NCBI RefSeq assembly: GCF_044324785.1
Contig: NZ_CP172127.1
Reading direction: 5' to 3' (one strand)
Source: Escherichia coli
GTDB lineage: Bacteria; Pseudomonadota; Gammaproteobacteria; Enterobacterales; Enterobacteriaceae
DNA length: 64,000 nt
Under the pieces are notes generated by a model. That model saw only the letters and a list, made by a program, of their open reading frames with translations. It did no database searches and was not told the DNA's origin. Shown piece by piece: positions 32,247 through 42,651 of the stretch. The number at the start of each line of letters is the position of its first letter. The stretch's first letter is position 1. Position numbers and translations under genes: made by a program.

Positions 32247-35200
32247 ATGAAATCAATATTGTATTATTTAGAGCCACGTACAGAATTAAATGACAAATTA
32301 TTTCGCTATGCAACACTACGCTCTTATCTACTACCTGAAATTGATGGCCTTAGGATAGCTGATAAGAGCCTCGATTTTAAAATGATCGTTTCTCGTACGA
32401 TTTATAATAAAGCAAAACAAAATAATTTAAAAATGGAGGGTATCGATTTTATAATTATTGATGAAGATGTATTTGAAAAGAACTCATATCTGAAGAATAT
32501 TAATGTTAGTAATGAATTATATCATGGGAATTTAAATATAAAGGCTAATGAAGAACTAAAATCAATCATATCTGCTTGCCTTCCTGTTGATTATAAACCA
32601 GATATTATTATTTCATATGAAAGCCCAGCTCCATTTTTTAAAGAGATATTTCCATCATCTTTACTTTTAAACGCTATGTTTGGAATTTTTTCAAGGGCAC
32701 CATTTCCTGCATATGGGTTATTAGACCCATGTGGTTTGTATGAATATTCATATCAATATAAATATGCTGATAAAATTCGTGCTGAGGAGATTTCAGAAGA
32801 AGAAAAGGAAGTTATAAAATTACTCAGAAGACAAAGTTCAAGAGCACTTGCTGCTTATCATCCTCTCAAGAAATATATTTCATCATTATATGAAAAATAT
32901 GATCGACTTGTTGTATTAGCATGTCAAGTGGATAACTATTTTTCTTATAATAGTTGTACCAATTATCCATCACAATATGCGATGGTGGAAGATGTTCTTT
33001 CTCAAGTTCCATCAAATATTGGTGTTATAGTTACAGAACATGGCTATAAAAGACAAATAAGTGACGAGCAAATTGAGTCTTTAAATGAAAAATACAGTAA
33101 TTTTATATATTTTTCTAAAAAAGATGTATTCACACCAAGTCAATTTATTCTTCCTTATGTAGATGGTGCTTTATCAGTCTCGTCATCGATTGGTTATCAG
33201 GCTGCTTTATGGCAGATTCCATATTTTGGTCTTGGAAAATCACAAGTCGATGTACTCTGTTCAAATACATCATTAATGAGCTTCGTTAATGATGTTGAAA
33301 AAGGCATAAAGATTGATCGTGATAATATTCTTTATGTTTTACTTTCAAAAGTTCACTTATCACATAAAAATGATTTGTTTAATGGAAAATCTTATCTAAA
33401 TAAGTTGAAGGATTTATTTAATAAGTTTACCTCTAATTGCGACGAATATGAGTATTTTAACACTAAAAAAAGTATTGATGAAGTTCGAAAAGATATCATC
33501 TGTGGCAACAGAGAATGGTTACTTAAAAAAAACTTTATTGACTCAAAATTAGTTCCTGAAGTAGACCATTTACGTGTTGCAATGTCGCATTCAAAAGCGA
33601 TCTCTTATGATCTTTTTGATACTCTTGTTGAACGTGATTTTGTTGAACCTCATGAATTATTTAATCTAATTGAATCCCGTGTACGTAATGAGTTAAACAA
33701 TAAAAACTTCCCTTTCTATTATGTAAGACGACAAGCCGAAATTGACTTGCGCAGAGAGACAAGAGGTGAGTTTGAAATTACTCTCGATGAAATTTACGAA
33801 AGATTTCCAAGATACTTTGATCTTACTTTAGAACAACTAGAGAAGATAAAAAATATAGAAATAGATGCTGAAGTCGAACTCGTTCATCCGAAAAAAGAAA
33901 TGGTTCGTGAATTTTATTTTTCTCAAATGATTTGTGAAAGTGTATCTATCATTACAGATATTTATCTTTCTCAGAATGTTATTGAGCGTATTTTACAAAA
34001 AGTAAAAATTAGTGGTTACAATAAATTATTGGTTTCAGCAGAAACTAAAACAAGAAAACATAACGGAACTATTTATCCTGAATATTTGAAATATATAAGA
34101 GATAATTTTGATATTAATGCAGGACAGGCTCTTCATGTCGGTGATAATAAACAAGCTGATGGTGATATGGCTAAAAAACATGGCATAAAAACATATGTAT
34201 TTCAAAAAGCGATTGATAATTACAAAAAATCTTTAATTGCTGATATTTTACGTTCCAGTATTAATCATCCAGGTATTTCGAGTTCTGTTATTAATGGTTT
34301 GTTTGCTAACAAATATCACGCAGGACACTGGTTTAAAATTAACAAGGAATCAATTTTTAATGCTGACGAATATAATTATGGCTATATGGCAATAGGGCCT
34401 CTTGTTGTTGGCTTTACTCAGTGGTTGTATCGGCGGGTTAATAAATTAGGTATCAAAAAATTATATTTCTTATCCCGCGATGGATGGATTCTTAAAAAAA
34501 CATTCGATTATTTTTATCCTGAATCATCATCTGGCATCAAGACCGAATACCTGTACAGCTCTCGTCGAACTGCAATGGTAGCATCGTTAAGAAATATTGA
34601 TGATATTATTGAAGTTGCCTCTCAAAACTTCAATGCTAGAAAGCTAAGTGACTTTTTATCTACTCGTTTTGGGCTGGATGTGGATACTGTTAAAAAATCT
34701 GTTCTTGAAAAATATAATTACAAGCATGACACTATTGTTTCTCCTTATTTTGAATTTGGAAAGCTGATTGGTTTTTTAAAAGATATTCATCATACAATAT
34801 TGTCTAATGCAAAAAATGAACGTGAAAGCTATATCGATTATTTACGAGAAACTGGATTTGAAAATGATTGCTTAAATGGCGGTGCTACTGTTGTTGATAT
34901 TGGTTACAGTGGTTCCATGCAATATTATTTAAAAAAAATACTGCAATGCCCTTGTGTGAACGGATTTTATTTTTTAACACATCACCATAGTCGTGATTAT
35001 TTTTCAAATGATCATTTTGAAGGTTTCTTGCAAAATCTTGATGATCATAAGATCGCTTATAGACATGGATTAAATGATCATGTGTTTATTTTTGAAGCAG
35101 CATTAAGTTCCCCTGAAGGAAGTCTGATTAAAATGGAAGGGAAAGGTCAAGAAAGAGAAATGATTTTTCTCGAGGCAGAAGAAGAGATTGTAAGAAAAAA

Positions 35201-35756
35201 TGCTCTATTAGGAACACATCGTGGCGTAATGGACTTTGTTCATGATATCAAAACTCGTTTTGGTTCTTACTTTAAATACATTGAATTTTCTCCTATTCTT
35301 TCTTCTCAACTTATTTTGAATTTTGCGAATAATCCCAACGGTATAGATGCAGGGATGTTTGCTTCTCATGAAGTCGAAAATGTTTTTGGTGGGGGGTCTG
35401 TATGCTTAATTTCGCCTTTACTAGATTGCTATAAGGACTCTAATGGCACCATTAACCCTAAAATTATCGATGAGTTATTAAAAGCATCTAAATGGAAGAG
35501 AGGTGCCAGTGCTTATTATAACTTAGTCAATGGAACTCAACCGCGAGTTAATCCTGCTAAAATGCCAGCGCCATCTGTTAACCCAGTTGTTGTGAAGCAA
35601 ACGCCACAAACTACTTATGCACATCCTTTAAAGACAACTACGCAGCGTAAACTTGCTAAGTTAAAAAAAGACCCATATTTATTCTTTAATGATTCCCAAA
35701 AACCTCTTTTAAAAAGTTTACGATTGTTCTTCAAAAATACATCAAAGCTTAATTAA
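32247..35756 (+). CDS. Putative multidomain capsule polymerase of kps region 2 (KpsC/KpsS-like glycosyltransferase domain + HAD-like phosphatase domain + uncharacterised C-terminal domain)
   Basis: 1169-aa ORF with AAAAGGAG Shine-Dalgarno; strongly AT-rich. The N-terminal part carries SVSSSIGYQAALWQIPYFGLGKS, resembling the TS..GFEALL...P.YAGWG motifs of KpsC and INSTAGISAL of KpsS in this window. Central HAD motifs DLFDTLV (33609-33629) and GDNKQADGD (about 34140-34166). Basic C-terminal tail. Confidence 0.6.
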   Translation: MKSILYYLEPRTELNDKLFRYATLRSYLLPEIDGLRIADKSLDFKMIVSRTIYNKAKQNNLKMEGIDFIIIDEDVFEKNSYLKNINVSNELYHGNLNIKANEELKSIISACLPVDYKPDIIISYESPAPFFKEIFPSSLLLNAMFGIFSRAPFPAYGLLDPCGLYEYSYQYKYADKIRAEEISEEEKEVIKLLRRQSSRALAAYHPLKKYISSLYEKYDRLVVLACQVDNYFSYNSCTNYPSQYAMVEDVLSQVPSNIGVIVTEHGYKRQISDEQIESLNEKYSNFIYFSKKDVFTPSQFILPYVDGALSVSSSIGYQAALWQIPYFGLGKSQVDVLCSNTSLMSFVNDVEKGIKIDRDNILYVLLSKVHLSHKNDLFNGKSYLNKLKDLFNKFTSNCDEYEYFNTKKSIDEVRKDIICGNREWLLKKNFIDSKLVPEVDHLRVAMSHSKAISYDLFDTLVERDFVEPHELFNLIESRVRNELNNKNFPFYYVRRQAEIDLRRETRGEFEITLDEIYERFPRYFDLTLEQLEKIKNIEIDAEVELVHPKKEMVREFYFSQMICESVSIITDIYLSQNVIERILQKVKISGYNKLLVSAETKTRKHNGTIYPEYLKYIRDNFDINAGQALHVGDNKQADGDMAKKHGIKTYVFQKAIDNYKKSLIADILRSSINHPGISSSVINGLFANKYHAGHWFKINKESIFNADEYNYGYMAIGPLVVGFTQWLYRRVNKLGIKKLYFLSRDGWILKKTFDYFYPESSSGIKTEYLYSSRRTAMVASLRNIDDIIEVASQNFNARKLSDFLSTRFGLDVDTVKKSVLEKYNYKHDTIVSPYFEFGKLIGFLKDIHHTILSNAKNERESYIDYLRETGFENDCLNGGATVVDIGYSGSMQYYLKKILQCPCVNGFYFLTHHHSRDYFSNDHFEGFLQNLDDHKIAYRHGLNDHVFIFEAALSSPEGSLIKMEGKGQEREMIFLEAEEEIVRKNALLGTHRGVMDFVHDIKTRFGSYFKYIEFSPILSSQLILNFANNPNGIDAGMFASHEVENVFGGGSVCLISPLLDCYKDSNGTINPKIIDELLKASKWKRGASAYYNLVNGTQPRVNPAKMPAPSVNPVVVKQTPQTTYAHPLKTTTQRKLAKLKKDPYLFFNDSQKPLLKSLRLFFKNTSKLN

Positions 35757-35764
35757 TATAATGT

Positions 35765-35794
35765 GAGTCGCACTATGGTGTGACTCTTTTTTAT
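35765..35794 (+). terminator. Putative intrinsic terminator between the two region 2 genes
   Basis: Hairpin agtcgcac-tatg-gtgtgact followed by a T6 run directly after the polymerase stop codon. Confidence 0.5.
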
Positions 35795-35874
35795 ATGTCA
35801 GTGATAGTTATTAATGAAATATTTAATGCGCGAAGGTGTACGATTTTTACAATATTTAGAGACTGGTGGGTCAA

Positions 35875-36885
35875 ATGAGTATTTCTTTGAAAAATATTGA
35901 TTTTGCTAAAGGTCCTGTTGATTCCCTCCATCATGATTATTACTTATGGCGAGGGAAGAACATTGAGGATAAAAGACTTTTTCTCGTTTTCTCATCTCGG
36001 GGAGCAGGTCCTGGAGAATTTAGTTTTTTCAAAACTTTTGATGCGCTTAATGTAAATGTTTTGCATGTTACACCCTCTGATTTTTCATGGTACCAAAAAG
36101 GGTTAGTCGGTTTAGGGAGTGATTTGCCTTCTGCATTTAAAGCCCTATCTGACCGAATAGATAATTTCTGTATTTATCATAAAATAAAACAAATTATCTG
36201 TGTAGGGGCTTCCATGGGAGGATATGGTGCTTTAATTTATGGGGCTTTATCTAGTAGAAAAATAAAAACAACACTTATTCTTTTTGGCACCGAAACAATA
36301 TTAAAACTTCCTTATTCTAAAAGTTCTGAGAGTGAATTTGATATTCTCAAAAAATTTAAAGATGTAAGGTTTCTAGATTATTCTGATCTTGATGTGAATA
36401 TGATATTTGGTGAGTTTGATATTGTAGATACTTATTGTGCTTTATCGATGCGACATGATCGAAATTTTTCATTTTTTTCATGCACTAGCGCCTCACATGT
36501 TGTTCCGGAATACTTAAATAGACAAATTGGAATTGTTAATTTTTTTACAGACTTCTTATCGGGTGGAAGATCTTTTATTGGAAGAGGCCACATTGCTTCT
36601 GAGCTTTATCCTGAGGATATTTCTCCTCTTCTGTTCTCGAAACAATTTACTGAGGAATACAATAATGCCCTCCTCTGTTGCTTGAAAAAATATCCTTCAT
36701 TTGGGTTTGCATGGAATAGATTAGGCGTATATTTACACAATATAGGAGATCTGGCTGGGTCTTTAGCAGCATTAAAAAGAGCATTTTTCATCAACCCTGA
36801 TTATCCAAATACAATTGAGCATCTTAACTCGGTAAGAAATAAACTAAAAACTTTTAGTTTTTATGTATACTTGTGTGAGGAATGA
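35875..36885 (+). CDS. Alpha/beta-hydrolase-fold protein of kps region 2, candidate capsule-modifying enzyme (possibly O-acetyltransferase or esterase)
   Basis: ATG 35875 (MSISLKNIDF...) 7 nt after GGTGGG; nucleophile-elbow motif GASMGG near 36201-36221; low GC like the polymerase gene. Confidence 0.5.
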   Translation: MSISLKNIDFAKGPVDSLHHDYYLWRGKNIEDKRLFLVFSSRGAGPGEFSFFKTFDALNVNVLHVTPSDFSWYQKGLVGLGSDLPSAFKALSDRIDNFCIYHKIKQIICVGASMGGYGALIYGALSSRKIKTTLILFGTETILKLPYSKSSESEFDILKKFKDVRFLDYSDLDVNMIFGEFDIVDTYCALSMRHDRNFSFFSCTSASHVVPEYLNRQIGIVNFFTDFLSGGRSFIGRGHIASELYPEDISPLLFSKQFTEEYNNALLCCLKKYPSFGFAWNRLGVYLHNIGDLAGSLAALKRAFFINPDYPNTIEHLNSVRNKLKTFSFYVYLCEE

Positions 36886-36934
36886 ATAGCAATATATCTC
36901 AATATCTAAGAGCTGGTTTTTATATCGTTCATAG

Positions 36935-38143
36935 TTATAATTTTTTTACTTTTATTTGTTTTCTTACTCTATCCCCATAATAAACCCCATTAACCTGCGT
37001 CTTCACCAATAAATACCCCCGAAACTTCTTAAACAGTTTCATATCCGGTTTAAAATCGGCCTGCCAGAACTGGTGCAAATGCCCTTGATACGTCAAGCCT
37101 TTGATGTCGTACAGGGCATTGCCCATCACTTTGAGTGGTTTGTTGTGAATCAGCGCAGATATCCCCGCCGTACTGTTAATTGTCACCACCGCTTTTGCGT
37201 GGCGTAACAATTCCGGCATCGGGAGATCGTGCACATAAATGACTCGTTCCCCTAAGCCATATTCCTTACTCAACCGCTTAATTAATGGTCGATAGAGTCT
37301 GTGACCACGATCCATTGGATGGTGCTTGATCACCAAATAACTTTCTTTCGGTGCTTTACGTGAAAATGAGTACATGACTTCATTAATATAGTCACGCACA
37401 TCGTTATAATTGCTGTGGTTACGAATCTGGCTATCGTTATACACCTGCAAAACGGCAAGATAATAACGCTGATCCAGCTCATTCATTAACCTCGGCAATA
37501 CCTTACGCTGTGTTACCTTGTAAAGTTGCTTGCGCCAGTATGCACGAACCCAGCAACGTGCTTCATACCAGGGGGAAAACGATTTATGGTGGCGGTAGCG
37601 AGGGAACTCATGGCGGTAATGCCAGCCCATCAGGTAATACCACATCGCATGACCTATACGTTTCATCGTTGAAGGTTTTAAGTTCTCAACGTGCGGCGCA
37701 GGCATATCTGGTAACTTACGATAAAAATCCGGATCGCGCGGTAGCGATGAATATGCGTTTACTCCGCCTTCTTCAACGGTTATAAATTGCGGGCGTAAAT
37801 ATCCTTCTTCAAATGCCAGAAAGCGGAGCCCTTTCGACTTTGCCCAGCGTTTTGCTTCTTTATGCAATGGGCGACAGTCACCAAAACAGAGGATGGTATC
37901 AAAGTCATATTGCCGGTGGAGATCCCGTAACCATCCGGGGAACTCTTTCGGCGTTTGGTAGTAGGCCAGGTATTGTCGATGGCGGCAGTAAAAACGATCC
38001 CCACCGTTGAATACAACATTCACAGCGTTACGTCCTAATGACTCTAACCATTCGGCGACGTCATTGAAAAAAGGTCCCATCGGCCCCTGCAATAGCAGAT
38101 ATTTTTTACCGGATAATAAAACGGTTAGTGCATTACCTTGCAT
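36935..38143 (-). CDS. kpsS: Capsule biosynthesis protein KpsS (Kdo transferase for the glycolipid anchor)
   Basis: 402-aa ORF with INSTAGISALIHNKP motif; convergent with region 2, first region 1 gene encountered from the right. Confidence 0.9.
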   Translation of the reverse strand: MQGNALTVLLSGKKYLLLQGPMGPFFNDVAEWLESLGRNAVNVVFNGGDRFYCRHRQYLAYYQTPKEFPGWLRDLHRQYDFDTILCFGDCRPLHKEAKRWAKSKGLRFLAFEEGYLRPQFITVEEGGVNAYSSLPRDPDFYRKLPDMPAPHVENLKPSTMKRIGHAMWYYLMGWHYRHEFPRYRHHKSFSPWYEARCWVRAYWRKQLYKVTQRKVLPRLMNELDQRYYLAVLQVYNDSQIRNHSNYNDVRDYINEVMYSFSRKAPKESYLVIKHHPMDRGHRLYRPLIKRLSKEYGLGERVIYVHDLPMPELLRHAKAVVTINSTAGISALIHNKPLKVMGNALYDIKGLTYQGHLHQFWQADFKPDMKLFKKFRGYLLVKTQVNGVYYGDRVRKQIKVKKL

Positions 38144-38177
38144 AAATAATTTGCGTAATAGTCAACTATGAAATTGT

Positions 38178-40205
38178 TTAGCCAAATCTGACCTTGCAGA
38201 ACATAATTAATTTGCGGTAATAGCGTATTACCCGTCCCGCTTTTTTTCGGGTAATAAACATCGGCTTACGCGGCGTCTGGATTAAATATTCCGCAGCTTC
38301 CTCAACCGTAATAGGCTGTAGCCGTGTTGGGTGAATATATGTTGGGTAAACAATCAACGCCTGATAGATCAAGTCTGCTATCGTTAATTTTTGCTCGCGG
38401 CGCGGGCAATGATGTTCATCAACGGTTAAACCCCAACCGGCATAGAAGGGCAGGCCGTAACAATGAACTTGCTTGCCATGTAATAACGCTTCAAACCCGG
38501 ACAATGATGTCATGGTGTGCACTTCATCTGCGCGCTGAATGCATTGAATAATATCGGCGCCCAGTGCCTGATAATCAGCGAGTTCAGCAGTCAGTTCTGC
38601 CGGAATATCGCCCTTGCGATTCCCCACCAGTACATCCGGGTGCGGTTTATAAACAATGTAGGCGTGCGGATTGCGCTCGCGTACTGTGCGTAATAACTCA
38701 AGGTTGCTCTTAATCGAGACAGTGCCTGTTTTAATGGAGGCATCGTCCTCTACCTGACCCGGCACCAGGATAACTTTTTTATCTTTGGCTTCGGCTGGTA
38801 GAGAGAAATCGGCTCCCAGGTTGTACTTACTCAGTTTGCTTTCAACCAGTCGCTGGCGTAATTTTTCAGCTCGCATCTTCTGCGCCAGCGTTAGCTGGCT
38901 ATGATTCAGCAGCACTTCCAGATCGCTGGGGCGTGTGGCGTCATAGTAAATACCGCGTTTATCCAGCACCAGCGATAGCGGCGGCAGCAGGTCAGAGCCA
39001 AGTCCGGATGAACGCAGAAAACCATCTTCCATTCGCCATAACGGCAGTGATTTTCGCTGCGCTTCGGCTCGCCATTGCTGTTCTCCCTTTACACCCCATA
39101 CCACGCAGGCGCTCGCCGCAGTACAGCGACGTGAAAAACTCAGCCGGTTTGTTGCCGTTTGCAAGAAAGGTTTCAGGATCGCTGACTTCCACAGCGTTAA
39201 GCCTGGCGCCCATAAATAACCATCACGCTGTTGCAGATGTCGACGTTGTAATTGCAGCCATTGCAGCACGGTAAATAGATCGCTTACTTCTCCCGTTTGC
39301 GGATCGATATAGCGACAGTAACGCAGGTATGCAGCGGCAAAAAGTTCCTCCAGCGTGGCAGAACCGCGTCGGGCAGATAACAAAGCGGACTGTGGATGAC
39401 GATCGTCGGTTAAACCCCAACCTGCATACCAAGGCTGGCCGAAACATGTTACTGGTTTTCCTGCCAGCAAGGCTTCAAAGCCGTACTGGGAGGTCACGAC
39501 GTAAACCTGGGAAACGTGTCGCAATAGCGACTGCGGGCTGACATTCTCGGCAATCAAACGTACTCGTTGCGTGGCACGCAGATCAGCGAAATAACCTGTT
39601 TTCTTTCCTTCCAGTACATCTGGGTGCACCTTCACCCAAATTTCGGCTTGAGGATTTTCCGCCATCGCGGCTTCCAGCATGGCAGCAAACTCATGCGGGC
39701 CAGCATTGCCATACGTCACTGACATATCATTAAATGTCTGATCGACAACCAGAACGATGTCTGCACGTTCTGACTCATCAGCCACAAACGCAGGTGCCAG
39801 GTTATATTTCGACAAATCTCCGGTCACGATGGTGTGCATCGCTTCTCTGGCCTGGCTTATCAGAGCTGTATTTCCGGCTTTATCCTGTACCAGTTTCTCC
39901 AGTGCTGAAGGCTTGCTGGCATCGTAGTAAATGCCACAATCATCCACCACCAGAGAAAGCGGCGGCTCGCCATTGACGCCAAGATCCAGCGAACGCACAA
40001 ATCCATCTTCCAGACGAATGACGGGTTTTCCCGCTGCTTTGGCGATGGCGACTGGTTTCGCCGCGCTGGGACGATGTCCCCACACGGCGATAGCATCAAC
40101 TTCTTGCGGAACAGGGCGCAGCAGAGAAAGTTTCTGGCACGGTTGCGCCAGAAATTTCTCCAGATGCGGAATACGCCAGATGCCAGGCGAGTAAATGCCA
40201 ATCAT
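38178..40205 (-). CDS. kpsC: Capsule biosynthesis protein KpsC (tandem-domain beta-Kdo transferase)
   Basis: 675 aa with an internally duplicated motif HPDVL...TS..GFEALL.GK.V.C.G.P.YAGWGLT in both halves. Confidence 0.92.
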   Translation of the reverse strand: MIGIYSPGIWRIPHLEKFLAQPCQKLSLLRPVPQEVDAIAVWGHRPSAAKPVAIAKAAGKPVIRLEDGFVRSLDLGVNGEPPLSLVVDDCGIYYDASKPSALEKLVQDKAGNTALISQAREAMHTIVTGDLSKYNLAPAFVADESERADIVLVVDQTFNDMSVTYGNAGPHEFAAMLEAAMAENPQAEIWVKVHPDVLEGKKTGYFADLRATQRVRLIAENVSPQSLLRHVSQVYVVTSQYGFEALLAGKPVTCFGQPWYAGWGLTDDRHPQSALLSARRGSATLEELFAAAYLRYCRYIDPQTGEVSDLFTVLQWLQLQRRHLQQRDGYLWAPGLTLWKSAILKPFLQTATNRLSFSRRCTAASACVVWGVKGEQQWRAEAQRKSLPLWRMEDGFLRSSGLGSDLLPPLSLVLDKRGIYYDATRPSDLEVLLNHSQLTLAQKMRAEKLRQRLVESKLSKYNLGADFSLPAEAKDKKVILVPGQVEDDASIKTGTVSIKSNLELLRTVRERNPHAYIVYKPHPDVLVGNRKGDIPAELTAELADYQALGADIIQCIQRADEVHTMTSLSGFEALLHGKQVHCYGLPFYAGWGLTVDEHHCPRREQKLTIADLIYQALIVYPTYIHPTRLQPITVEEAAEYLIQTPRKPMFITRKKAGRVIRYYRKLIMFCKVRFG

Positions 40206-40942
40206 GCGTTTTCAGCCAGTTCCTGTGCCATCAGGGCGCGCACTTTTTCCAGGCATGCTGGGGTGTCGACGCCCGGACCGGTTGCGGCAACCTCAAATGT
40301 GCGGATGTTGATCCCTGCGCTCATCAACCGCAGCTGCTCCAGTGATTCTGCCTGCTCTGGCATGGACTCCGGTAACTGACTGTAGTTTTGCAGCACATCG
40401 CGACGATAAGCGTAAATACCAACGTGTTTCAGGTAGCGCGCTTTTTCAGCATTACGCGGATAGGGAATCGGCGAACGGCTGAAATAAAGCGCATCCTGGC
40501 GGGTATTTACCACCACTTTTACCGTGCTTGGCTCGGTCGCTTCTTCGGCAGAAATCGCGTGGCATAGCGTTGCCACTGGCAACGCGGGATCATCACGCAT
40601 TCCTTGTAACAGCGTTTCTACATCCCGCGGGCGAATCATTGGTTCATCGCCCTGCAGGTTAATGTAGATATCTGCCTCGACTTTATGCATCACCTCGACC
40701 AGCCGATCGGTGCCGGATTCATGATCGTTGCGCGTCATGATGGCTTTCCCGCCAAACGCCTGCACGGCCTTTTCAACACGCGGGTCGTCTGTTGCCACCC
40801 AAACTTCCGCAACGCCCGCCACCTGTAACGCACGCTCGTAAACATGCTGGATCATCGGTTTACCAACAATATCGAGCAGTGGCTTACCCGGCAGGCGCGA
40901 GGAGCCATAGCGAGCCGGAATGACAATAACTGCTTTGCTCAT
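40202..40942 (-). CDS. kpsU: CMP-Kdo synthetase (3-deoxy-manno-octulosonate cytidylyltransferase), capsule-specific copy
   Basis: 246 aa, [23 protein letters not shown]-terminus typical of KdsB/KpsU; overlaps kpsC by 4 bp. Confidence 0.92.
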   Translation of the reverse strand: MSKAVIVIPARYGSSRLPGKPLLDIVGKPMIQHVYERALQVAGVAEVWVATDDPRVEKAVQAFGGKAIMTRNDHESGTDRLVEVMHKVEADIYINLQGDEPMIRPRDVETLLQGMRDDPALPVATLCHAISAEEATEPSTVKVVVNTRQDALYFSRSPIPYPRNAEKARYLKHVGIYAYRRDVLQNYSQLPESMPEQAESLEQLRLMSAGINIRTFEVAATGPGVDTPACLEKVRALMAQELAENA

Positions 40943-40951
40943 TTCAACTCC

Positions 40952-42631
40952 TTACAAAGACAGAATCACTTTTGCACCCACCGCCAACTGGTAAAGGATG
41001 GTGGAAATACCGCGAGTAACTTCAATGTTTTTCGATTCATATTTCGGCAGAACCATAATCTCATCGCCCGGTTTGAGTGAATCCACATCTTCTGCGTTGA
41101 CGGCTGCACCGTTCTGACGAATGACGATAATTCTGGCGTTACCCGATTTCTGCGTCAGGCCACCACATTTCTCGATGTAATCCTCGGTGGTCATACCCTT
41201 CTGCCAGCTCACCGCGTTCGGGAACAGCACTTCGCCATGAACCATAACCAGCGATGTTTTCTCCGGAATATTGATGACGTCGCCATCTTCAAGCAGAACA
41301 GAATCAATATTGGATTCGTTGAGGATCACTTCACCTTTCGGAACAACGGTGCGTGCTTTCGCCACAAAGCGGCTGATCAGTTGTGCTTCCTGCATTCGCA
41401 GGCTGGCTTCTTCTTTGGTGGATGACTGGGCAGAAAGTGATGCTTCCTCCAGCTTTTGCAGCGAGAGATTCAGCATCTCTTTCTGACGCTGAGCCACTGA
41501 TGGGCGATAAAGCTGAACTGCGTTCATCTGCGACATGCTGTTCGGGCGGACTTTTTCCAGAACCGCACGCATAGTGGAACCATAAGGCAGTACCATGGCA
41601 TGTTCACCGGAGTGTGCGCCTTCAACCCGCACCTGAATGGTGCCGGCATAGCGGTCAGTGCTCACGATTAAGGTATCGCCATTTTGCAACATACGGCCTG
41701 GCGCAGAACTGATCGGATAGTATTCGCTGCGTTTTTGCAGCCCCTGTTTACGCATAATCGTAATGTGAGTCGCGCCAGGCTTAGGGCGCGCCCAGCTCAA
41801 CGCTTCCGTTACGGGAATGCTGCTTTCGCGGAACTCAAAGTCGTAGCTGTTAAAGACATCGCCCTGAACGCTGAAAGTATGCTGACGCGGCCCGACGATG
41901 ATGGTGTCACCATCGGCGAACTGCGAAAGCCCCAGTTTGCCGTTCAGCAGGAAGTCGTACAGGTTGACGTTGGAGCGCACGCGGTTACCGCGCTTGACCA
42001 CAATATCAACGTAACTTCCGCGCTCTGGATCAACGCCGCCAGCCTTGATCAGATAATTGAGTAACGAATCAGACGTCACACCGCCATACAGACCAGGATT
42101 ACGCACAAATCCGGTCACGTACACTTTTACTGGCTGCGCCTGTAATAAGGAGGCGTAGACGTTGACGTTGGACTGGTATACTTCCTTCACTTTGGATGTG
42201 ACCAGGGCATTTAGCTGACTATTACTGACGCCAGCAACTTTCACCGGACCAACGTTCGGCAGGAAAATATTACCTTTGGGATCAACCTGTAACGCACCAT
42301 CAAAGGTGAACGCACCCCACAAGCGAACCTGAATGCTATCACCCGGATTCAGAATATAGTCAGGGTTGAATCCTACCGTCGCACCGCTATCTGCGCTGGT
42401 GCCGTTGAAAAGTTGAGCACCAAACATACGGCTCATTACCACCGGCGGTGCGGGCGGCGGGGTATTGTCGAAGCCGCTCATGTTTTGCGTATCCGACTGT
42501 TGCCCGTTCAGAATACCGGTAAGCGGCGCGGCTCCTGTAAGGTTTGGGTCGGCGTTAATATCAATGGCCGCGCTGGCCTGCGCCGCGTGACAGGCGGCAA
42601 TCAGTAAAATTGATTTAAATAATTTCATCAC
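40952..42631 (-). CDS. kpsD: Capsule outer-membrane export protein KpsD (OPX family)
   Basis: 559 aa with signal peptide (MMKLFKSILLIAACHAAQASA); polysaccharide export family. Confidence 0.92.
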   Translation of the reverse strand: MMKLFKSILLIAACHAAQASAAIDINADPNLTGAAPLTGILNGQQSDTQNMSGFDNTPPPAPPVVMSRMFGAQLFNGTSADSGATVGFNPDYILNPGDSIQVRLWGAFTFDGALQVDPKGNIFLPNVGPVKVAGVSNSQLNALVTSKVKEVYQSNVNVYASLLQAQPVKVYVTGFVRNPGLYGGVTSDSLLNYLIKAGGVDPERGSYVDIVVKRGNRVRSNVNLYDFLLNGKLGLSQFADGDTIIVGPRQHTFSVQGDVFNSYDFEFRESSIPVTEALSWARPKPGATHITIMRKQGLQKRSEYYPISSAPGRMLQNGDTLIVSTDRYAGTIQVRVEGAHSGEHAMVLPYGSTMRAVLEKVRPNSMSQMNAVQLYRPSVAQRQKEMLNLSLQKLEEASLSAQSSTKEEASLRMQEAQLISRFVAKARTVVPKGEVILNESNIDSVLLEDGDVINIPEKTSLVMVHGEVLFPNAVSWQKGMTTEDYIEKCGGLTQKSGNARIIVIRQNGAAVNAEDVDSLKPGDEIMVLPKYESKNIEVTRGISTILYQLAVGAKVILSL

Positions 42632-42651
42632 AAACTCATTCAGCGACAGCG

